Positions 26,197-38,427 of a DNA stretch of 64,000 nt are shown in pieces; the first letter of the stretch is position 1, and every line of letters starts with the position of its first letter. The position numbers were made by a program, and so were the translations under genes. Under the pieces are notes generated by a model. The model was not told the origin of the DNA. It ran no database searches and saw nothing but the letters and a program-made list of their open reading frames with translations. The DNA comes from Escherichia coli (lineage in GTDB: Bacteria > Pseudomonadota > Gammaproteobacteria > Enterobacterales > Enterobacteriaceae). Location: NCBI RefSeq assembly GCF_041886205.1, contig NZ_CP169029.1; one strand, given 5' to 3'.

Positions 26197-27516
26197 TTAG
26201 TGAGCGCTGGAGGTCACCTGACGACCTGCCGCGCGATCCCAGATAATGGCCAGAACCACCATCACCACTGTTGGCATTAACCACGCCAGACCTTGTTCGG
26301 CCAGCGGTAAACGCTGCGCCCAGGACGGTAAGATATCGCTGAATGCAGATGCTTTGATCCCGTCGAGAATACCAAAAAGCAGGCTGATAAACATCGGCGG
26401 AGCAATCACGCGGGACGAATTATGCCACCATGAGCGTGTAAAACTTAATACAACCAGTGCGATACACGGCGGATAAATAGCGGTCAGCACCGGTACGGAG
26501 ATCTGAATCAGCTGGCTCAAGCCGAGGTTAGACACCACCATCGAGAAGCCGCCGAGGATAAACACCAGCGTACGATAAGAGAGCGGTACGTACTGGGCAA
26601 AGAATTCTGCACAAGCACAGGTCAGGCCAACTGCCGTTACCAGGCAGGCGATGAAGATTAACGCCGCCAGCAGGAAGCTACCGCCGCCGCCAAAGGTGTG
26701 CTGAACGTAAGCATGCAGAATAGCAGCGCCGTTTGCAGACTGATCGACCAGCGACGCGCTGTCTGAACCCAGACGGAACAGCGCCAGGTACAGCAGAGTC
26801 AGACCAACACCCGCCATCAGGCCAGCCCAGACGGTATAACGGGTCAGCAGACGCGCTTCGGTAACGCCACGAGAACGCGCCGCGTTAACAATAACGATAC
26901 CAAACACCATTGCGCCCAGCGTATCCATGGTCAGATAGCCGTTAACGAAGCCGTTAGAAAACGCAGCGTTTTGATAAGCCTCAGTCGCCGTGCTGATAGA
27001 ACCCGCCGGCCAGACAATCGCGGCAACAGACAGGATGACCAGCGCGATAATTTTCAGCGGCGCAAGGAAGTTGCCCACGGTATCCAGCAGCTTGCCCGGA
27101 TAGAGCGAAACCAGAATAACGATAGCGAAATAGACCAGGCTGTAGATAAACAGCGGCAGCGCGGAATCACCAGTCAGCGGCGCAATCCCCACTTCAAAAG
27201 AAACGGTAGCTGTACGCGGCGTAGCGAAAAGCGGCCCCACCGCCAGGTAACAAACCGTTGCCAGCAGTACGCCAGCGACTTTACCGATTGGCGTGCTGAG
27301 GCTGTCAACACCGCCGCCAACTTTTGCCAGCGCCACTACCGTTAATACCGGCAGACCAACGGCAGTAATGAGGAAGCCGAATGCCGCAGTCCAAACGTGT
27401 TCGCCTGCCTGTAAGCCGACCATTGGAGGGAAAATAATGTTACCTGCGCCGACGAACAACGCAAATGTCATAAAGCCCAGAGCGATGATATCGCGCGATC
27501 TTAATTGATGGGTCAT
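26197..27516 (-). CDS. brnQ: Branched-chain amino acid transport system II carrier
   Basis: 439 aa, [31 protein letters not shown]. Confidence 0.94.
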   Translation of the reverse strand: MTHQLRSRDIIALGFMTFALFVGAGNIIFPPMVGLQAGEHVWTAAFGFLITAVGLPVLTVVALAKVGGGVDSLSTPIGKVAGVLLATVCYLAVGPLFATPRTATVSFEVGIAPLTGDSALPLFIYSLVYFAIVILVSLYPGKLLDTVGNFLAPLKIIALVILSVAAIVWPAGSISTATEAYQNAAFSNGFVNGYLTMDTLGAMVFGIVIVNAARSRGVTEARLLTRYTVWAGLMAGVGLTLLYLALFRLGSDSASLVDQSANGAAILHAYVQHTFGGGGSFLLAALIFIACLVTAVGLTCACAEFFAQYVPLSYRTLVFILGGFSMVVSNLGLSQLIQISVPVLTAIYPPCIALVVLSFTRSWWHNSSRVIAPPMFISLLFGILDGIKASAFSDILPSWAQRLPLAEQGLAWLMPTVVMVVLAIIWDRAAGRQVTSSAH

Positions 27517-27866
27517 AAATCATACTGCCTGTGGATGTGGTGTTGTAACGTTAAATTTTTGTGCCAATCCCTGGGGATGATACAGCGGTATATTTAAACA
27601 ATTTTAGCGGGAAATACTCCCAACCAGGCGCGGCGAAGAATAGTTTTTCGATTTACCGCGTGAATGCAGTCAGTATGACAGCACCTGAAGCGCAATTTAA
27701 ACGCTTATAACGTTTTAAAGCAAGGAGGGATCTAAAAACCAGAGGTATATAGCGATAAGAAATCACCAACCAGTATAAAACACTATTTCCGTGAAAAAGA
27801 CATGGCTAATCATGCGAACAAAAAATCACCAACCGTTGTAAAATCTAACGCCCGTATTTTGACTGC

Positions 27867-27897
27867 AAAGAAAATAAGCCAGCATTGGCTGGCTTAT
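27867..27897 (-). terminator. Rho-independent terminator downstream of phoR
   Basis: On the minus strand ATAAGCCAGCcaatGCTGGCTTAT (perfect 10-bp stem) is followed by UUUUCUUU, about 25 nt after the phoR stop. Confidence 0.75.
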
Positions 27898-27922
27898 GGC
27901 AATAAAAGATGACAAAGGCGGA

Positions 27923-29218
27923 TTAATCGCTGTTTTTGGCAATTAAACGTTCCGGGATAACAAAGCTGAAACGTGTTCCTTTTCCGACTGTACTCTCAAT
28001 ATTCAGGCGACTTTCGTGATGATTCACCGCATGTTTCACGATCGCTAACCCTAATCCGCTACCGCCGGTTTGCCGGGAACGCGCTTTATCAACGCGATAA
28101 AAACGCTCGGTCAGGCGCGGAATATGCTCCGGTGCAATGCCCGGTCCGTTATCTTCAACGCTAAATTCGGCACCGTGCGGCACTCGCTGCCAGCGTACGG
28201 TGATATGCGTGCCTTCCGGCGTATGATTCACGGCGTTATAGACCAGGTTCGAAATCGCACTGCGTAGCTGATCTTCGTTGCCAGACACCTTGAGGCCGTT
28301 ATCTATCTCAAAGGTAAATGTCTGTTTTTTCTGACTCAGAGTCTGAGCCTCGCGCTCAACAACGCGCAGCATCATCGGCACATCAACCTTTTCATTGAGC
28401 AAATGCGTCGGCGCGGCTTCTATTTTCGACAGCGTCAGCAATTGCTTCACCAGCCCTTCCATCCGCTGGGTCTGCTCGCGCATGGTGTGCAACGCTTTTT
28501 CACGTACCGCGCCTTCCAGCGGTTGCTCATCCATCATCTCGAGGTAACCCTGTAACACGGTCAATGGCGTACGTAACTCATGGCTCACGTTGGCAAAAAA
28601 GTTACGCCGCGCCCCTTCCAGTTGATGCATTTGCGTGACATCACGCGCCACCATCAGCAACTGTTTGTGGGTATAAGGCATGACGCGAATTTCCAGATGC
28701 CGCCCGGTGTTGAGCACCAGATTAAGCGGGCGAGAAAAATCACGCGTTTTCAGATATTGCGTAAACTCCGGGTAACGCAGCAGGTTAAGGATGTTCTGCC
28801 CGTTATCTTCCGGCCAGCGCAAACCAAGAATTTGTTGCGCCAGACCGTTACACCAGAAAATACCGCCCTCTTCCGTGGTCAGCACCACCGCGTCGGGCAG
28901 CGACTCCGCGCCGCTACGAAAGCGTTTAATCAGATTGCCCAGTTCACGGCGGCGTTTTTTATTTCGCAGCTGCATCTGGTGTAAGCCGTATAGTAGCGGT
29001 TCCCAGCTACCACGCCCCGGTGGCGGGGTCATACTGCGATCCACCCACAGCCACCATGAAAGGCGCAATAAATTCCAGAAATGCCAGATAAGCAGTCCTG
29101 TTACCGATGCCAGCAAAAACCAGGGCAGGTAACCAAAAAATGCACCCAGGATGAAAGCCGGGAGGCAGCAAAGTAGCAGCTCCAGCACCAGCCTTTTCCA
29201 CGACAGCCGTTCCAGCAC
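27923..29218 (-). CDS. phoR: Phosphate regulon sensor histidine kinase
   Basis: 431 aa; H-box ([13 protein letters not shown]) and HATPase motifs; 5' end lies close to the phoB stop. Confidence 0.95.
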   Translation of the reverse strand: MLERLSWKRLVLELLLCCLPAFILGAFFGYLPWFLLASVTGLLIWHFWNLLRLSWWLWVDRSMTPPPGRGSWEPLLYGLHQMQLRNKKRRRELGNLIKRFRSGAESLPDAVVLTTEEGGIFWCNGLAQQILGLRWPEDNGQNILNLLRYPEFTQYLKTRDFSRPLNLVLNTGRHLEIRVMPYTHKQLLMVARDVTQMHQLEGARRNFFANVSHELRTPLTVLQGYLEMMDEQPLEGAVREKALHTMREQTQRMEGLVKQLLTLSKIEAAPTHLLNEKVDVPMMLRVVEREAQTLSQKKQTFTFEIDNGLKVSGNEDQLRSAISNLVYNAVNHTPEGTHITVRWQRVPHGAEFSVEDNGPGIAPEHIPRLTERFYRVDKARSRQTGGSGLGLAIVKHAVNHHESRLNIESTVGKGTRFSFVIPERLIAKNSD

Positions 29219-29275
29219 GTAAGATACTCCAGTTAAGAAATCATAAGCCCTGCTCTGCGTCCGATGAGCAAGGCG

Positions 29276-29965
29276 TTAAAAGCGGGTTGAAAAACGATAT
29301 CCTGTACCGCGCACGGTCTGCACCATGCGGTCATGCCCGCCGGGCTCCAGTGCTTTACGCAGGCGACGAATGTGGACATCGACCGTGCGGTCTTCCACAT
29401 ACACGTTAGTTCCCCAGACGTGGTTTAACAGCTGCTCGCGGCTGTACACGCGCTCAGGATGCGTCATAAAAAAGTGCAGCAGTTTAAATTCTGTCGGCCC
29501 CATCTCCAGCGGCTCTTCGCCCGCCATCACCCGGTGAGATGTCGGGTCGAGACTTAATCCCTGCATCTCAATCACCTCTTCCACCGCCATTGGCGAAATA
29601 CGGCGCATTACTGCTTTGATTCGCGCCACCAGCTCCTTCGGCGAAAACGGCTTGGTGATATAGTCATCCGCACCGGTTTCAAGGCCGCGCACGCGATCTT
29701 CTTCTTCCCCTCTGGCGGTCAACATCACCACTGGAATATCCCGGGTCATCGACTCGCGCTTGAGGTGTTTGATGAACTGGATACCGGAGCCGCCAGGTAA
29801 CATCCAGTCAAGGAGAATTAAATCCGGCCAGGGTTCATTCAGTTGATTCACAGCACTGTCATAATCTTCCGCTTCGACCGGCTGAAAGCCATTTTGTTCG
29901 AGCACGAAGCAGACCATTTCGCGAATTGGAGCTTCATCTTCTACGACCAGAATACGTCTCGCCAT
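29276..29965 (-). CDS. phoB: Phosphate regulon response regulator
   Basis: 229 aa, [38 protein letters not shown]..., OmpR-type winged helix. Confidence 0.96.
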
Positions 29966-30018
29966 GATTTGCCCTGTTGTAATAAATAGGTTGCGATCAT
30001 TAATGCGACGTCATTATG

Positions 30019-30047
30019 CGTCAGATTTATGACAGATTTATGAAAAG
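30019..30047 (-). promoter_or_regulatory. Pho box (PhoB binding site) of the phoBR promoter
   Basis: Minus strand reads CTTTTCATAAATCTGTCATAAATCTGACG (direct 7-bp repeats at 11-bp periodicity), about 55-80 bp upstream of the phoB ATG. Confidence 0.8.
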
Positions 30048-30154
30048 CTCGTCGCACATATCTTCAGGTTATTGATTTCCGTGGCGCAGAAAAAAGCAAA
30101 TGGCACATCTGTTTGGGTATAATCGCGCCCATGCTTTTTCGCCAGGGAACCGTT

Positions 30155-31357
30155 ATGCGCATCCTTCACACCTCAGACTGGCATCTCGGCCAGAACTTCT
30201 ACAGTAAAAGCCGCGAAGCTGAACATCAGGCTTTTCTTGACTGGCTGCTGGAGACAGCACAAACCCATCAGGTGGATGCGATTATTGTTGCTGGTGATGT
30301 TTTCGATACCGGCTCGCCGCCCAGTTACGCCCGCACGTTATACAACCGTTTTGTTGTCAATTTACAGCAAACTGGCTGTCATCTGGTGGTACTGGCAGGA
30401 AACCATGACTCGGTCGCCACGCTGAATGAATCGCGCGATATCATGGCGTTCCTCAATACTACCGTGGTCGCCAGCGCCGGACATGCGCCGCAAATCTTGC
30501 CTCGTCGCGACGGGACGCCAGGCGCAGTGCTGTGCCCCATACCGTTTTTACGCCCGCGTGACATTATTACCAGCCAGGCGGGGCTTAACGGTATTGAAAA
30601 ACAGCAGCATTTGCTGGCGGCTATTACTGATTATTATCAACAACACTATGCCGATGCCTGCAAACTGCGCGGCGATCAGCCTCTGCCCATCATCGCCACG
30701 GGACATTTAACGACCGTGGGTGCCAGTAAAAGTGACGCCGTGCGTGACATTTATATTGGCACGCTGGACGCGTTTCCGGCACAAAACTTTCCACCAGCCG
30801 ACTACATCGCGCTCGGGCATATTCACCGCGCACAGATTATTGGCGGCATGGAACATGTTCGCTATTGCGGTTCCCCCATTCCACTGAGTTTTGATGAATG
30901 CGGAAAGAGTAAATATGTCCATCTGGTGACATTTTCAAACGGCAAATTAGAGAGCGTGGAAAACCTGAACGTACCGATAACGCAACCCATGGCGGTGCTG
31001 AAAGGCGATCTGGCGTCGATTACCGCACAGCTAGAACAGTGGCGCGATGTATCGCAGGAGCCACCTGTCTGGCTGGATATCGAAATCACTACTGATGAGT
31101 ATCTGCATGATATTCAGCGCAAAATCCAGGCATTAACCGAATCATTGCCTGTTGAAGTATTGCTGGTACGCCGGAGTCGTGAACAGCGCGAGCGTGTGTT
31201 AGCCAGCCAACAGCGTGAAACCCTCAGCGAACTCAGCGTCGAAGAGGTGTTCAATCGCCGTCTGGCACTGGAAGAACTGGATGAATCGCAGCAGCAACGT
31301 CTGCAGCATCTTTTCACCACGACGTTGCATACCCTCGCCGGAGAACACGAAGCATGA
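30155..31357 (+). CDS. sbcD: SbcCD nuclease, Mre11-like subunit SbcD (400 aa)
   Basis: Translation [32 protein letters not shown] from the ATG at 30155; calcineurin-like phosphoesterase motifs. Confidence 0.94.
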   Translation: MRILHTSDWHLGQNFYSKSREAEHQAFLDWLLETAQTHQVDAIIVAGDVFDTGSPPSYARTLYNRFVVNLQQTGCHLVVLAGNHDSVATLNESRDIMAFLNTTVVASAGHAPQILPRRDGTPGAVLCPIPFLRPRDIITSQAGLNGIEKQQHLLAAITDYYQQHYADACKLRGDQPLPIIATGHLTTVGASKSDAVRDIYIGTLDAFPAQNFPPADYIALGHIHRAQIIGGMEHVRYCGSPIPLSFDECGKSKYVHLVTFSNGKLESVENLNVPITQPMAVLKGDLASITAQLEQWRDVSQEPPVWLDIEITTDEYLHDIQRKIQALTESLPVEVLLVRRSREQRERVLASQQRETLSELSVEEVFNRRLALEELDESQQQRLQHLFTTTLHTLAGEHEA

Positions 31358-34300
31358 AAATTCTCAGCCTGCGCCTGAAAAACCTGAACTCATTAAAAGG
31401 CGAATGGAAGATTGATTTCACCCGCGAGCCGTTCGCCAGCAACGGGCTATTTGCCATTACCGGCCCAACCGGTGCGGGGAAAACCACCCTGCTGGACGCC
31501 ATTTGTCTGGCGCTGTATCACGAAACTCCGCGTCTCTCTAACGTTTCACAATCGCAAAATGATCTCATGACCCGCGATACCGCCGAATGTCTGGCGGAGG
31601 TGGAGTTTGAAGTGAAAGGTGAAGCGTACCGTGCGTTCTGGAGCCAGAATCGGGCGCGTAACCAACCCGGCGGTAATTTGCAGGTGCCACGCGTAGAGCT
31701 GGCGCGCTGCGCCGACGGCAAAATTCTCGCCGACAAAGTGAAAGATAAGCTGGAACTGACGGCGACGTTAACCGGACTGGATTACGGGCGCTTCACCCGT
31801 TCGATGCTGCTTTCGCAGGGGCAATTTGCTGCCTTCCTGAATGCCAAACCCAAAGAACGCGCGGAATTGCTCGAGGAGTTAACCGGCACTGAAATCTACG
31901 GGCAAATCTCGGCGATGGTTTTTGAGCAGCACAAATCGGCCCGCACTGAGCTGGAGAAGCTGCAAGCGCAGGCCAGCGGCGTCGCGTTGCTCACGCCGGA
32001 ACAAGTGCAATCGCTGACAGCGAGTTTGCAGGTACTTACTAACGAAGAAAAACAGTTACTTACCGCGCAGCAGCAAGAACAACAATCACTAAACTGGTTA
32101 ACGCGTCTGGACGAATTGCAGCAAGAAGCCAGCCGCCGTCAGCAGGCCTTGCAACAGGCGTTAGCCGAAGAAGAAAAAGCGCAACCTCAACTGGCGGCGC
32201 TCAGTCTGGCACAACCAGCACGAAATCTTCGTCCGCACTGGGAACGCATCGCAGAACACAGCGCGGCGCTGGCGCATATTCGCCAGCAGATTGAAGAAGT
32301 AAATACTCGCTTACAGAGCACAATGGCGCTTCGCGCGAGCATTCGCCACCACGCAGCGAAGCAGTCAGCAGAATTACAGCAGCAGCAACAAAGCCTGAAT
32401 ACCTGGTTACAGGAACACGACCGCTTCCGTCAGTGGAACAACGAACTGGCGGGTTGGCGTGCGCAGTTCTCCCAACAAACCAGCGATCGCGAGCATCTGC
32501 GGCAATGGCAGCAACAGTTAACCCATGCTGAGCAAAAACTTAATGCGCTTGCGGCGATCACGTTGACGTTAACCGCCGATGAAGTTGCTAGCGCCCTGGC
32601 GCAACATTCCGAGCAACGCCCACTGCGTCAGCGCCTGGTCGCGCTGCATGGGCAGATTGTTCCCCAACAAAAACGTCTGGCGCAGTTAATGGTCACTATC
32701 CAGAATGTCACTCTGGAACAGACGCAACGTAATGTCGCACTTAACGAAATGCGCCAGCGTTATAAAGAAAAGACGCAGCAACTTGCCGATGTGAAAACCA
32801 TTTGCGAGCAGGAAGCGCGCATCAAAACGCTGGAAGCTCAACGTGCACAGTTACAGGCGGGTCAGCCTTGTCCACTTTGTGGCTCCACCAGCCACCCGGC
32901 GGTCGAGGCGTATCAGGCGCTGGAGCCGGGCGTTAATCAGGCCCGGCTATTAACGCTGGAAAAAGAAGTGAAAAAGCTCGGCGAAGAAGGTGCGGCGCTG
33001 CGCGGGCAACTGGATGCATTAACGAAGCAGCTTCAGCGCGATGAAAACGAAGCGCAAAGCCTCCGACAAGATGAGCAAGCACTTACTCAACAATGGCAAG
33101 CCGTCACGGCCAGCCTCAATATCACCTTGCAGCCACAGGACGATATTCAACCGTGGCTGGATGCACAAGATGAGCACGAACGCCAGCTGCGGTTACTCAG
33201 CCAACGACATGAATTACAAGGGCAGATTGCCGCGCATAATCAGCAAATTATCCAGTATCAACAGCAAATTGAACAACGCCAGCAGCAGCTCTTAACGGCA
33301 TTGACGGGTTATGCACTGACATTGCCACAGGAAGATGAAGAAGAGAGCTGGTTGGCGACACGTCAGCAAGAAGCGCAGAGCTGGCAGCATCGCCAGAACG
33401 AATTAACCGCGCTGCAAAACCGTATTCATCAGCTGACGCCGATTCTGGAAACGTTGCCGCAAAGTGATGAACTCCCGCACTGCGAAGAAACTGTGGTACT
33501 GGAAAACTGGCGACAGGTACATGAACAATGTCTCGCATTACACAGCCAGCAGCAGACGTTACAGCAACAGGACGTTCTGGCGGCGCAAAGTCTGCAAAAA
33601 GCCCAGGCGCAGTTTGACACCGCGCTACAGGCCAGCGTCTTTGACGATCAGCAGGCGTTCCTTGCGGCGCTAATGGATGAACAAACACTAACGCAACTGG
33701 AACAGCTCAAGCAGAATCTGGAAAACCAGCGCCGTCAGGCGCAAACGCTGGTCACTCAGACAGCAGAAACGCTGGCACAGCATCAGCAACACCGACCTGA
33801 CGGGTTGGCTCTCACTGTGACGGTGGAGCAGATTCAGCAAGAGTTAGCGCAAACTCACCAAAAGTTGCGTGAGAACACCACGAGTCAAGGCGAGATTCGC
33901 CAGCAGCTGAAGCAGGATGCAGATAACCGTCAGCAACAACAAACCTTAATGCAGCAAATTGCTCAAATGACGCAGCAGGTTGAGGACTGGGGATATCTGA
34001 ATTCGCTAATAGGTTCCAAAGAGGGCGATAAATTCCGCAAGTTTGCCCAGGGGCTGACGCTGGATAATTTAGTCCATCTCGCTAATCAGCAACTTACCCG
34101 GCTGCACGGGCGCTATCTGTTACAGCGCAAAGCCAGCGAGGCGCTGGAAGTCGAGGTTGTTGATACCTGGCAGGCAGATGCGGTACGCGATACCCGTACC
34201 CTTTCCGGCGGCGAAAGTTTCCTCGTTAGTCTGGCGCTGGCGCTGGCGCTTTCAGATCTGGTCAGCCATAAAACACGTATTGACTCGCTGTTCCTTGATG

Positions 34301-34497
34301 AAGGTTTTGGCACGCTGGATAGCGAAACGCTGGATACCGCCCTTGATGCGCTGGATGCCCTGAACGCCAGTGGCAAAACCATCGGTGTGATTAGCCACGT
34401 TGAAGCGATGAAAGAGCGTATTCCTGTGCAGATCAAAGTGAAGAAGATCAACGGCCTGGGCTACAGCAAACTGGAAAGTACGTTTGCAGTGAAATAA
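31354..34497 (+). CDS. sbcC: SbcCD nuclease, Rad50-like ATPase subunit SbcC
   Basis: 1047 aa; N-terminal Walker A (GPTGAGKTT), long Q-rich coiled coil with a CxxC zinc hook (CPLCGS), C-terminal signature and Walker B; start overlaps the sbcD stop. Confidence 0.95.
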   Translation: MKILSLRLKNLNSLKGEWKIDFTREPFASNGLFAITGPTGAGKTTLLDAICLALYHETPRLSNVSQSQNDLMTRDTAECLAEVEFEVKGEAYRAFWSQNRARNQPGGNLQVPRVELARCADGKILADKVKDKLELTATLTGLDYGRFTRSMLLSQGQFAAFLNAKPKERAELLEELTGTEIYGQISAMVFEQHKSARTELEKLQAQASGVALLTPEQVQSLTASLQVLTNEEKQLLTAQQQEQQSLNWLTRLDELQQEASRRQQALQQALAEEEKAQPQLAALSLAQPARNLRPHWERIAEHSAALAHIRQQIEEVNTRLQSTMALRASIRHHAAKQSAELQQQQQSLNTWLQEHDRFRQWNNELAGWRAQFSQQTSDREHLRQWQQQLTHAEQKLNALAAITLTLTADEVASALAQHSEQRPLRQRLVALHGQIVPQQKRLAQLMVTIQNVTLEQTQRNVALNEMRQRYKEKTQQLADVKTICEQEARIKTLEAQRAQLQAGQPCPLCGSTSHPAVEAYQALEPGVNQARLLTLEKEVKKLGEEGAALRGQLDALTKQLQRDENEAQSLRQDEQALTQQWQAVTASLNITLQPQDDIQPWLDAQDEHERQLRLLSQRHELQGQIAAHNQQIIQYQQQIEQRQQQLLTALTGYALTLPQEDEEESWLATRQQEAQSWQHRQNELTALQNRIHQLTPILETLPQSDELPHCEETVVLENWRQVHEQCLALHSQQQTLQQQDVLAAQSLQKAQAQFDTALQASVFDDQQAFLAALMDEQTLTQLEQLKQNLENQRRQAQTLVTQTAETLAQHQQHRPDGLALTVTVEQIQQELAQTHQKLRENTTSQGEIRQQLKQDADNRQQQQTLMQQIAQMTQQVEDWGYLNSLIGSKEGDKFRKFAQGLTLDNLVHLANQQLTRLHGRYLLQRKASEALEVEVVDTWQADAVRDTRTLSGGESFLVSLALALALSDLVSHKTRIDSLFLDEGFGTLDSETLDTALDALDALNASGKTIGVISHVEAMKERIPVQIKVKKINGLGYSKLESTFAVK

Positions 34498-34622
34498 CTA
34501 TTCAGCAGGATAATGAATACAGAGGGGCGAATTATCTCTTGGCCTTGCTGGTCGTTATCCTGCAAGCTATCACTTTATTGGCTACGGTGATTGGTAGCCG
34601 TTCTGGTGGTTGTGATGGTGGT

Positions 34623-35807
34623 ATGAAAAAAGTCATTTTATCTTTGGCTCTGGGCACGTTTGGTTTGGGGATGGCCGAATTTGGCATTATGGGCGTGCTC
34701 ACGGAGCTGGCGCATAACGTAGGAATTTCGATTCCTGCTGCCGGGCATATGATCTCGTATTATGCACTGGGGGTGGTGGTCGGTGCGCCAATCATCGCAC
34801 TCTTTTCCAGCCGCTACTCACTCAAACATATCTTGTTGTTTCTGGTGGCGTTGTGCGTCATTGGCAACGCCATGTTCACGCTCTCTTCGTCTTACCTGAT
34901 GCTCGCCATTGGTCGGCTGGTATCCGGCTTTCCGCATGGCGCATTTTTTGGCGTCGGAGCGATCGTGTTATCAAAAATTATCAAACCCGGAAAAGTCACC
35001 GCCGCCGTGGCGGGGATGGTTTCCGGGATGACAGTCGCCAATTTGCTGGGCATTCCGCTGGGAACGTATTTAAGTCAGGAATTTAGCTGGCGTTACACCT
35101 TTTTATTGATCGCTGTTTTTAATATTGCGGTGATGGCATCGGTCTATTTTTGGGTGCCGGATATTCGCGACGAGGCGAAAGGAAAGCTGCGCGAACAATT
35201 TCACTTTTTGCGCAGCCCAGCCCCGTGGTTAATTTTCGCCGCCACGATGTTTGGCAACGCAGGTGTGTTTGCCTGGTTCAGCTACGTAAAGCCATACATG
35301 ATGTTTATTTCCGGTTTTTCGGAAACGGCGATGACCTTTATTATGATGTTAGTTGGGCTAGGGATGGTGCTGGGAAATATGCTAAGTGGCAGGATTTCAG
35401 GACGTTATTCACCACTGCGCATTGCAGCAGTGACTGACTTTATAATTGTACTGGCACTGCTGATGCTCTTTTTCTGCGGCGGCATGAAAACAACGTCGCT
35501 TATTTTTGCTTTTATTTGTTGCGCGGGATTATTTGCCCTTTCAGCACCTCTGCAAATATTGTTACTGCAAAATGCCAAAGGCGGAGAGTTATTAGGTGCC
35601 GCAGGTGGGCAAATAGCGTTTAACCTCGGTAGCGCCGTCGGCGCATATTGCGGAGGTATGATGCTGACGCTGGGGCTGGCATATAATTACGTGGCGCTGC
35701 CTGCCGCCCTGCTTTCGTTTGCTGCGATGTCATCGTTGCTGCTGTATGGTCGCTATAAGCGCCAGCAAGCGGCGGATAGCCCGGTGCTGGCGAAACCACT
35801 GGGGTAG
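34623..35807 (+). CDS. araJ: MFS transporter AraJ (394 aa)
   Basis: Translation MKKVILSLALGTFGLGMAEFGIMGVLTELA from the ATG at 34623. Confidence 0.9.
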   Translation: MKKVILSLALGTFGLGMAEFGIMGVLTELAHNVGISIPAAGHMISYYALGVVVGAPIIALFSSRYSLKHILLFLVALCVIGNAMFTLSSSYLMLAIGRLVSGFPHGAFFGVGAIVLSKIIKPGKVTAAVAGMVSGMTVANLLGIPLGTYLSQEFSWRYTFLLIAVFNIAVMASVYFWVPDIRDEAKGKLREQFHFLRSPAPWLIFAATMFGNAGVFAWFSYVKPYMMFISGFSETAMTFIMMLVGLGMVLGNMLSGRISGRYSPLRIAAVTDFIIVLALLMLFFCGGMKTTSLIFAFICCAGLFALSAPLQILLLQNAKGGELLGAAGGQIAFNLGSAVGAYCGGMMLTLGLAYNYVALPAALLSFAAMSSLLLYGRYKRQQAADSPVLAKPLG

Positions 35808-35835
35808 ATTACTGTCACGGTGCGCGTTGCTTATT

Positions 35836-35925
<90 letters not shown>

Positions 35926-35949
35926 TGATGCGCCAATTGCCTACGTTTT

Positions 35950-36858
35950 TTACTCTTGTGGCCATAACCACGCAGCGCCGCGTACGCCGCTGGAATCACC
36001 GTGCTTCGCCTTACGCACCGGCGTTTCACATTCGCCGCCGAAGACAAATTGTTTAATCAACTGCGGAACCGTTTGATATAAACGGTCTACATTGCTCATC
36101 CCGCCCCCCAGCACAATCACATCCGGATCGAGAATATTCACGACATGTGCCAGCGATTTTGCCAGCCGCAGCTCGTAGCGACGCAATGCCAGTTCCGCTA
36201 CCGGATCGCTTTCTTCAACCAGGCTGATAATTTCACTGCCTTTCAGCGCATGTCCGCTCAAACGACGATAATCTGTGGCAAATCCCGTGCCCGAAATAAA
36301 GGTTTCAATACAACCTTGTTTACCGCAATAACAAGGGACTTCCTCGCGATAACGCAGTTCGTCTTCGTCCATCCACGGTAGCGGATTGTGTCCCCACTCG
36401 CCTGCCGTGCCATTGCCGCCGATATGCGCCCGCCCATTGAATGCCACGCCCGCGCCGCATCCCGTGCCGATAATCACGGCAAATACCGTCTGTGCTCCCG
36501 CTGCCGCGCCATCTACTGCTTCTGAAACGGCCAGACAGTTGGCGTCATTTGCCAGCCGCACTTCCCGCTGCAACCGCGCGCTTAAGTCTTTATCGAATGG
36601 CTGACCGTTGAGCCAGGTTGAATTGGCATTTTTCACCACGCCGGTGTAAGGCGAAATTGAGCCAGGAATGCCCATACCTACCGTTCCGCGCTGCCCTGTC
36701 GCCTGCTCCGCCATATCAACCAACGTGGCGATCGTTTCAATAGTCTGCCGGTAATCATCACGCGGCGTGGGCAGACGATGGCGGTACAACTGCTCCCCTG
36801 CATCGCCCAGTGCAATCACTTCAGTTTTGGTGCCGCCTAAATCGATACCTATACGCAC
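35950..36858 (-). CDS. mak: Manno(fructo)kinase Mak (302 aa, GTG start)
   Basis: Translation from the GTG at 36856-36858 gives (M)[13 protein letters not shown]..., ROK family; AAGGAGAG ribosome-binding site just upstream. Confidence 0.9.
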   Translation of the reverse strand: MRIGIDLGGTKTEVIALGDAGEQLYRHRLPTPRDDYRQTIETIATLVDMAEQATGQRGTVGMGIPGSISPYTGVVKNANSTWLNGQPFDKDLSARLQREVRLANDANCLAVSEAVDGAAAGAQTVFAVIIGTGCGAGVAFNGRAHIGGNGTAGEWGHNPLPWMDEDELRYREEVPCYCGKQGCIETFISGTGFATDYRRLSGHALKGSEIISLVEESDPVAELALRRYELRLAKSLAHVVNILDPDVIVLGGGMSNVDRLYQTVPQLIKQFVFGGECETPVRKAKHGDSSGVRGAAWLWPQE

Positions 36859-36982
36859 GGTACTCTCCTTATTTTTTTCAATATCAATAGCGTAGAGACG
36901 GACAACCGGATTGGCAATGCAAGGCCGCCGACAATTCGTTATCATGCCCGCTAAATTTAACGACAAGGCCGTGGAAATTATC

Positions 36983-37894
36983 ATGCTGTGGTTCAAAAAT
37001 TTAATGGTTTACCGTCTTAGCCGCGAGATTTCGCTGCGTGCAGAAGAGATGGAAAAACAGCTAGCCTCGATGGCATTTACCCCATGCGGCAGCCAGGACA
37101 TGGCGAAGATGGGCTGGGTTCCTCCGATGGGATCGCACAGCGATGCGTTAACGCACGTTGCCAATGGTCAAATTGTTATCTGTGCGCGCAAAGAAGAAAA
37201 AATCCTCCCGTCTCCGGTGATTAAACAGGCGCTGGAAGCGAAAATCGCCAAACTGGAAGCGGAACAGGCGCGTAAGCTGAAGAAAACCGAAAAAGATTCG
37301 CTGAAAGACGAAGTGCTGCACTCTCTGTTGCCGCGTGCTTTCAGCCGTTTTAGCCAGACAATGATGTGGATAGACACGGTTAACGGTTTGATTATGGTGG
37401 ACTGCGCCAGTGCCAAAAAAGCGGAAGATACGCTGGCACTGCTGCGTAAAAGCCTGGGGTCGTTACCGGTTGTACCATTGAGCATGGAAAACCCGATTGA
37501 ACTGACGCTGACCGAATGGGTACGTTCCGGTAGTGCGGCACAGGGCTTCCAGCTGCTTGATGAAGCCGAGCTGAAATCGTTGCTGGAAGATGGCGGCGTG
37601 ATCCGCGCGAAGAAACAAGATCTGACCAGCGAAGAGATCACCAATCACATTGAAGCCGGAAAAGTGGTGACTAAACTGGCGCTCGACTGGCAGCAGCGCA
37701 TTCAGTTTGTGATGTGCGACGATGGTTCGCTCAAGCGTCTGAAGTTCTGCGACGAGCTGCGCGATCAAAACGAAGATATCGACCGTGAAGATTTCGCCCA
37801 GCGTTTTGATGCCGATTTCATCCTGATGACTGGTGAACTGGCAGCGTTAATTCAAAACCTGATTGAAGGATTAGGTGGCGAAGCACAACGTTAA
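36983..37894 (+). CDS. rdgC: Recombination-associated protein RdgC (303 aa)
   Basis: Translation [28 protein letters not shown] from the ATG at 36983. Confidence 0.94.
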
Positions 37895-37911
37895 TTGCTG
37901 ATTTTCCTTTA

Positions 37912-37946
37912 ATGCCGGATGCGACGCCTGCCGCGTCTTATCCGGC
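37912..37946. repeat. REP element
   Basis: TGCCGGATGCGACGCCTGCCGCGTCTTATCCGGC palindrome downstream of rdgC. Confidence 0.7.
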
Positions 37947-37971
37947 GTACGAAGCCACACCAGGCATATAA

Positions 37972-38427
37972 TTATTCGCTACGGCGGGCAATAATTTTTA
38001 GCGCAGCAATATTATGCGTTTTACGCCGTAACTGATCTAATCGCCTCATCCCTATTCGCCTGTCAGCAGCACGCAGAATATTCACTAACCCCCATTTATC
38101 GCTGGTAAATTGTTTTGTTAACAGCTCCGCTTTTGGGGTATCAATATATTCACGCAATAAATCAGAAATTGAACAAATATCCGTCAGGTAAGGATACCAG
38201 CAAGTTTCACCGTGAAAATTACGCACTCCACCGTTACCTGCAATAAAGTCTTTCGGGTAATCCCAGATCACGTTTTTATCCAACGTGATCCAATAACGCG
38301 GTAAATCGGTGCTTCCACCATTTTGGCTGCGCATGGGATAACGGGTACAGTGAATTTGCAGGTTGATCGTTGGCGTCAGTAAGTCATAGATCTCCCGCTG
38401 TAACTTGCTCCATGGGCGCTGTGTCAT
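37972..38427 (-). CDS. Hypothetical 151-aa protein, translationally coupled to the upstream 762-aa gene (possibly related to K-12 ykiA; uncertain)
   Basis: ATGA start/stop overlap with the upstream ORF; GAGG sits 7 nt upstream of the ATG; no signal peptide; AT-rich. Confidence 0.7.
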   Translation of the reverse strand: MTQRPWSKLQREIYDLLTPTINLQIHCTRYPMRSQNGGSTDLPRYWITLDKNVIWDYPKDFIAGNGGVRNFHGETCWYPYLTDICSISDLLREYIDTPKAELLTKQFTSDKWGLVNILRAADRRIGMRRLDQLRRKTHNIAALKIIARRSE

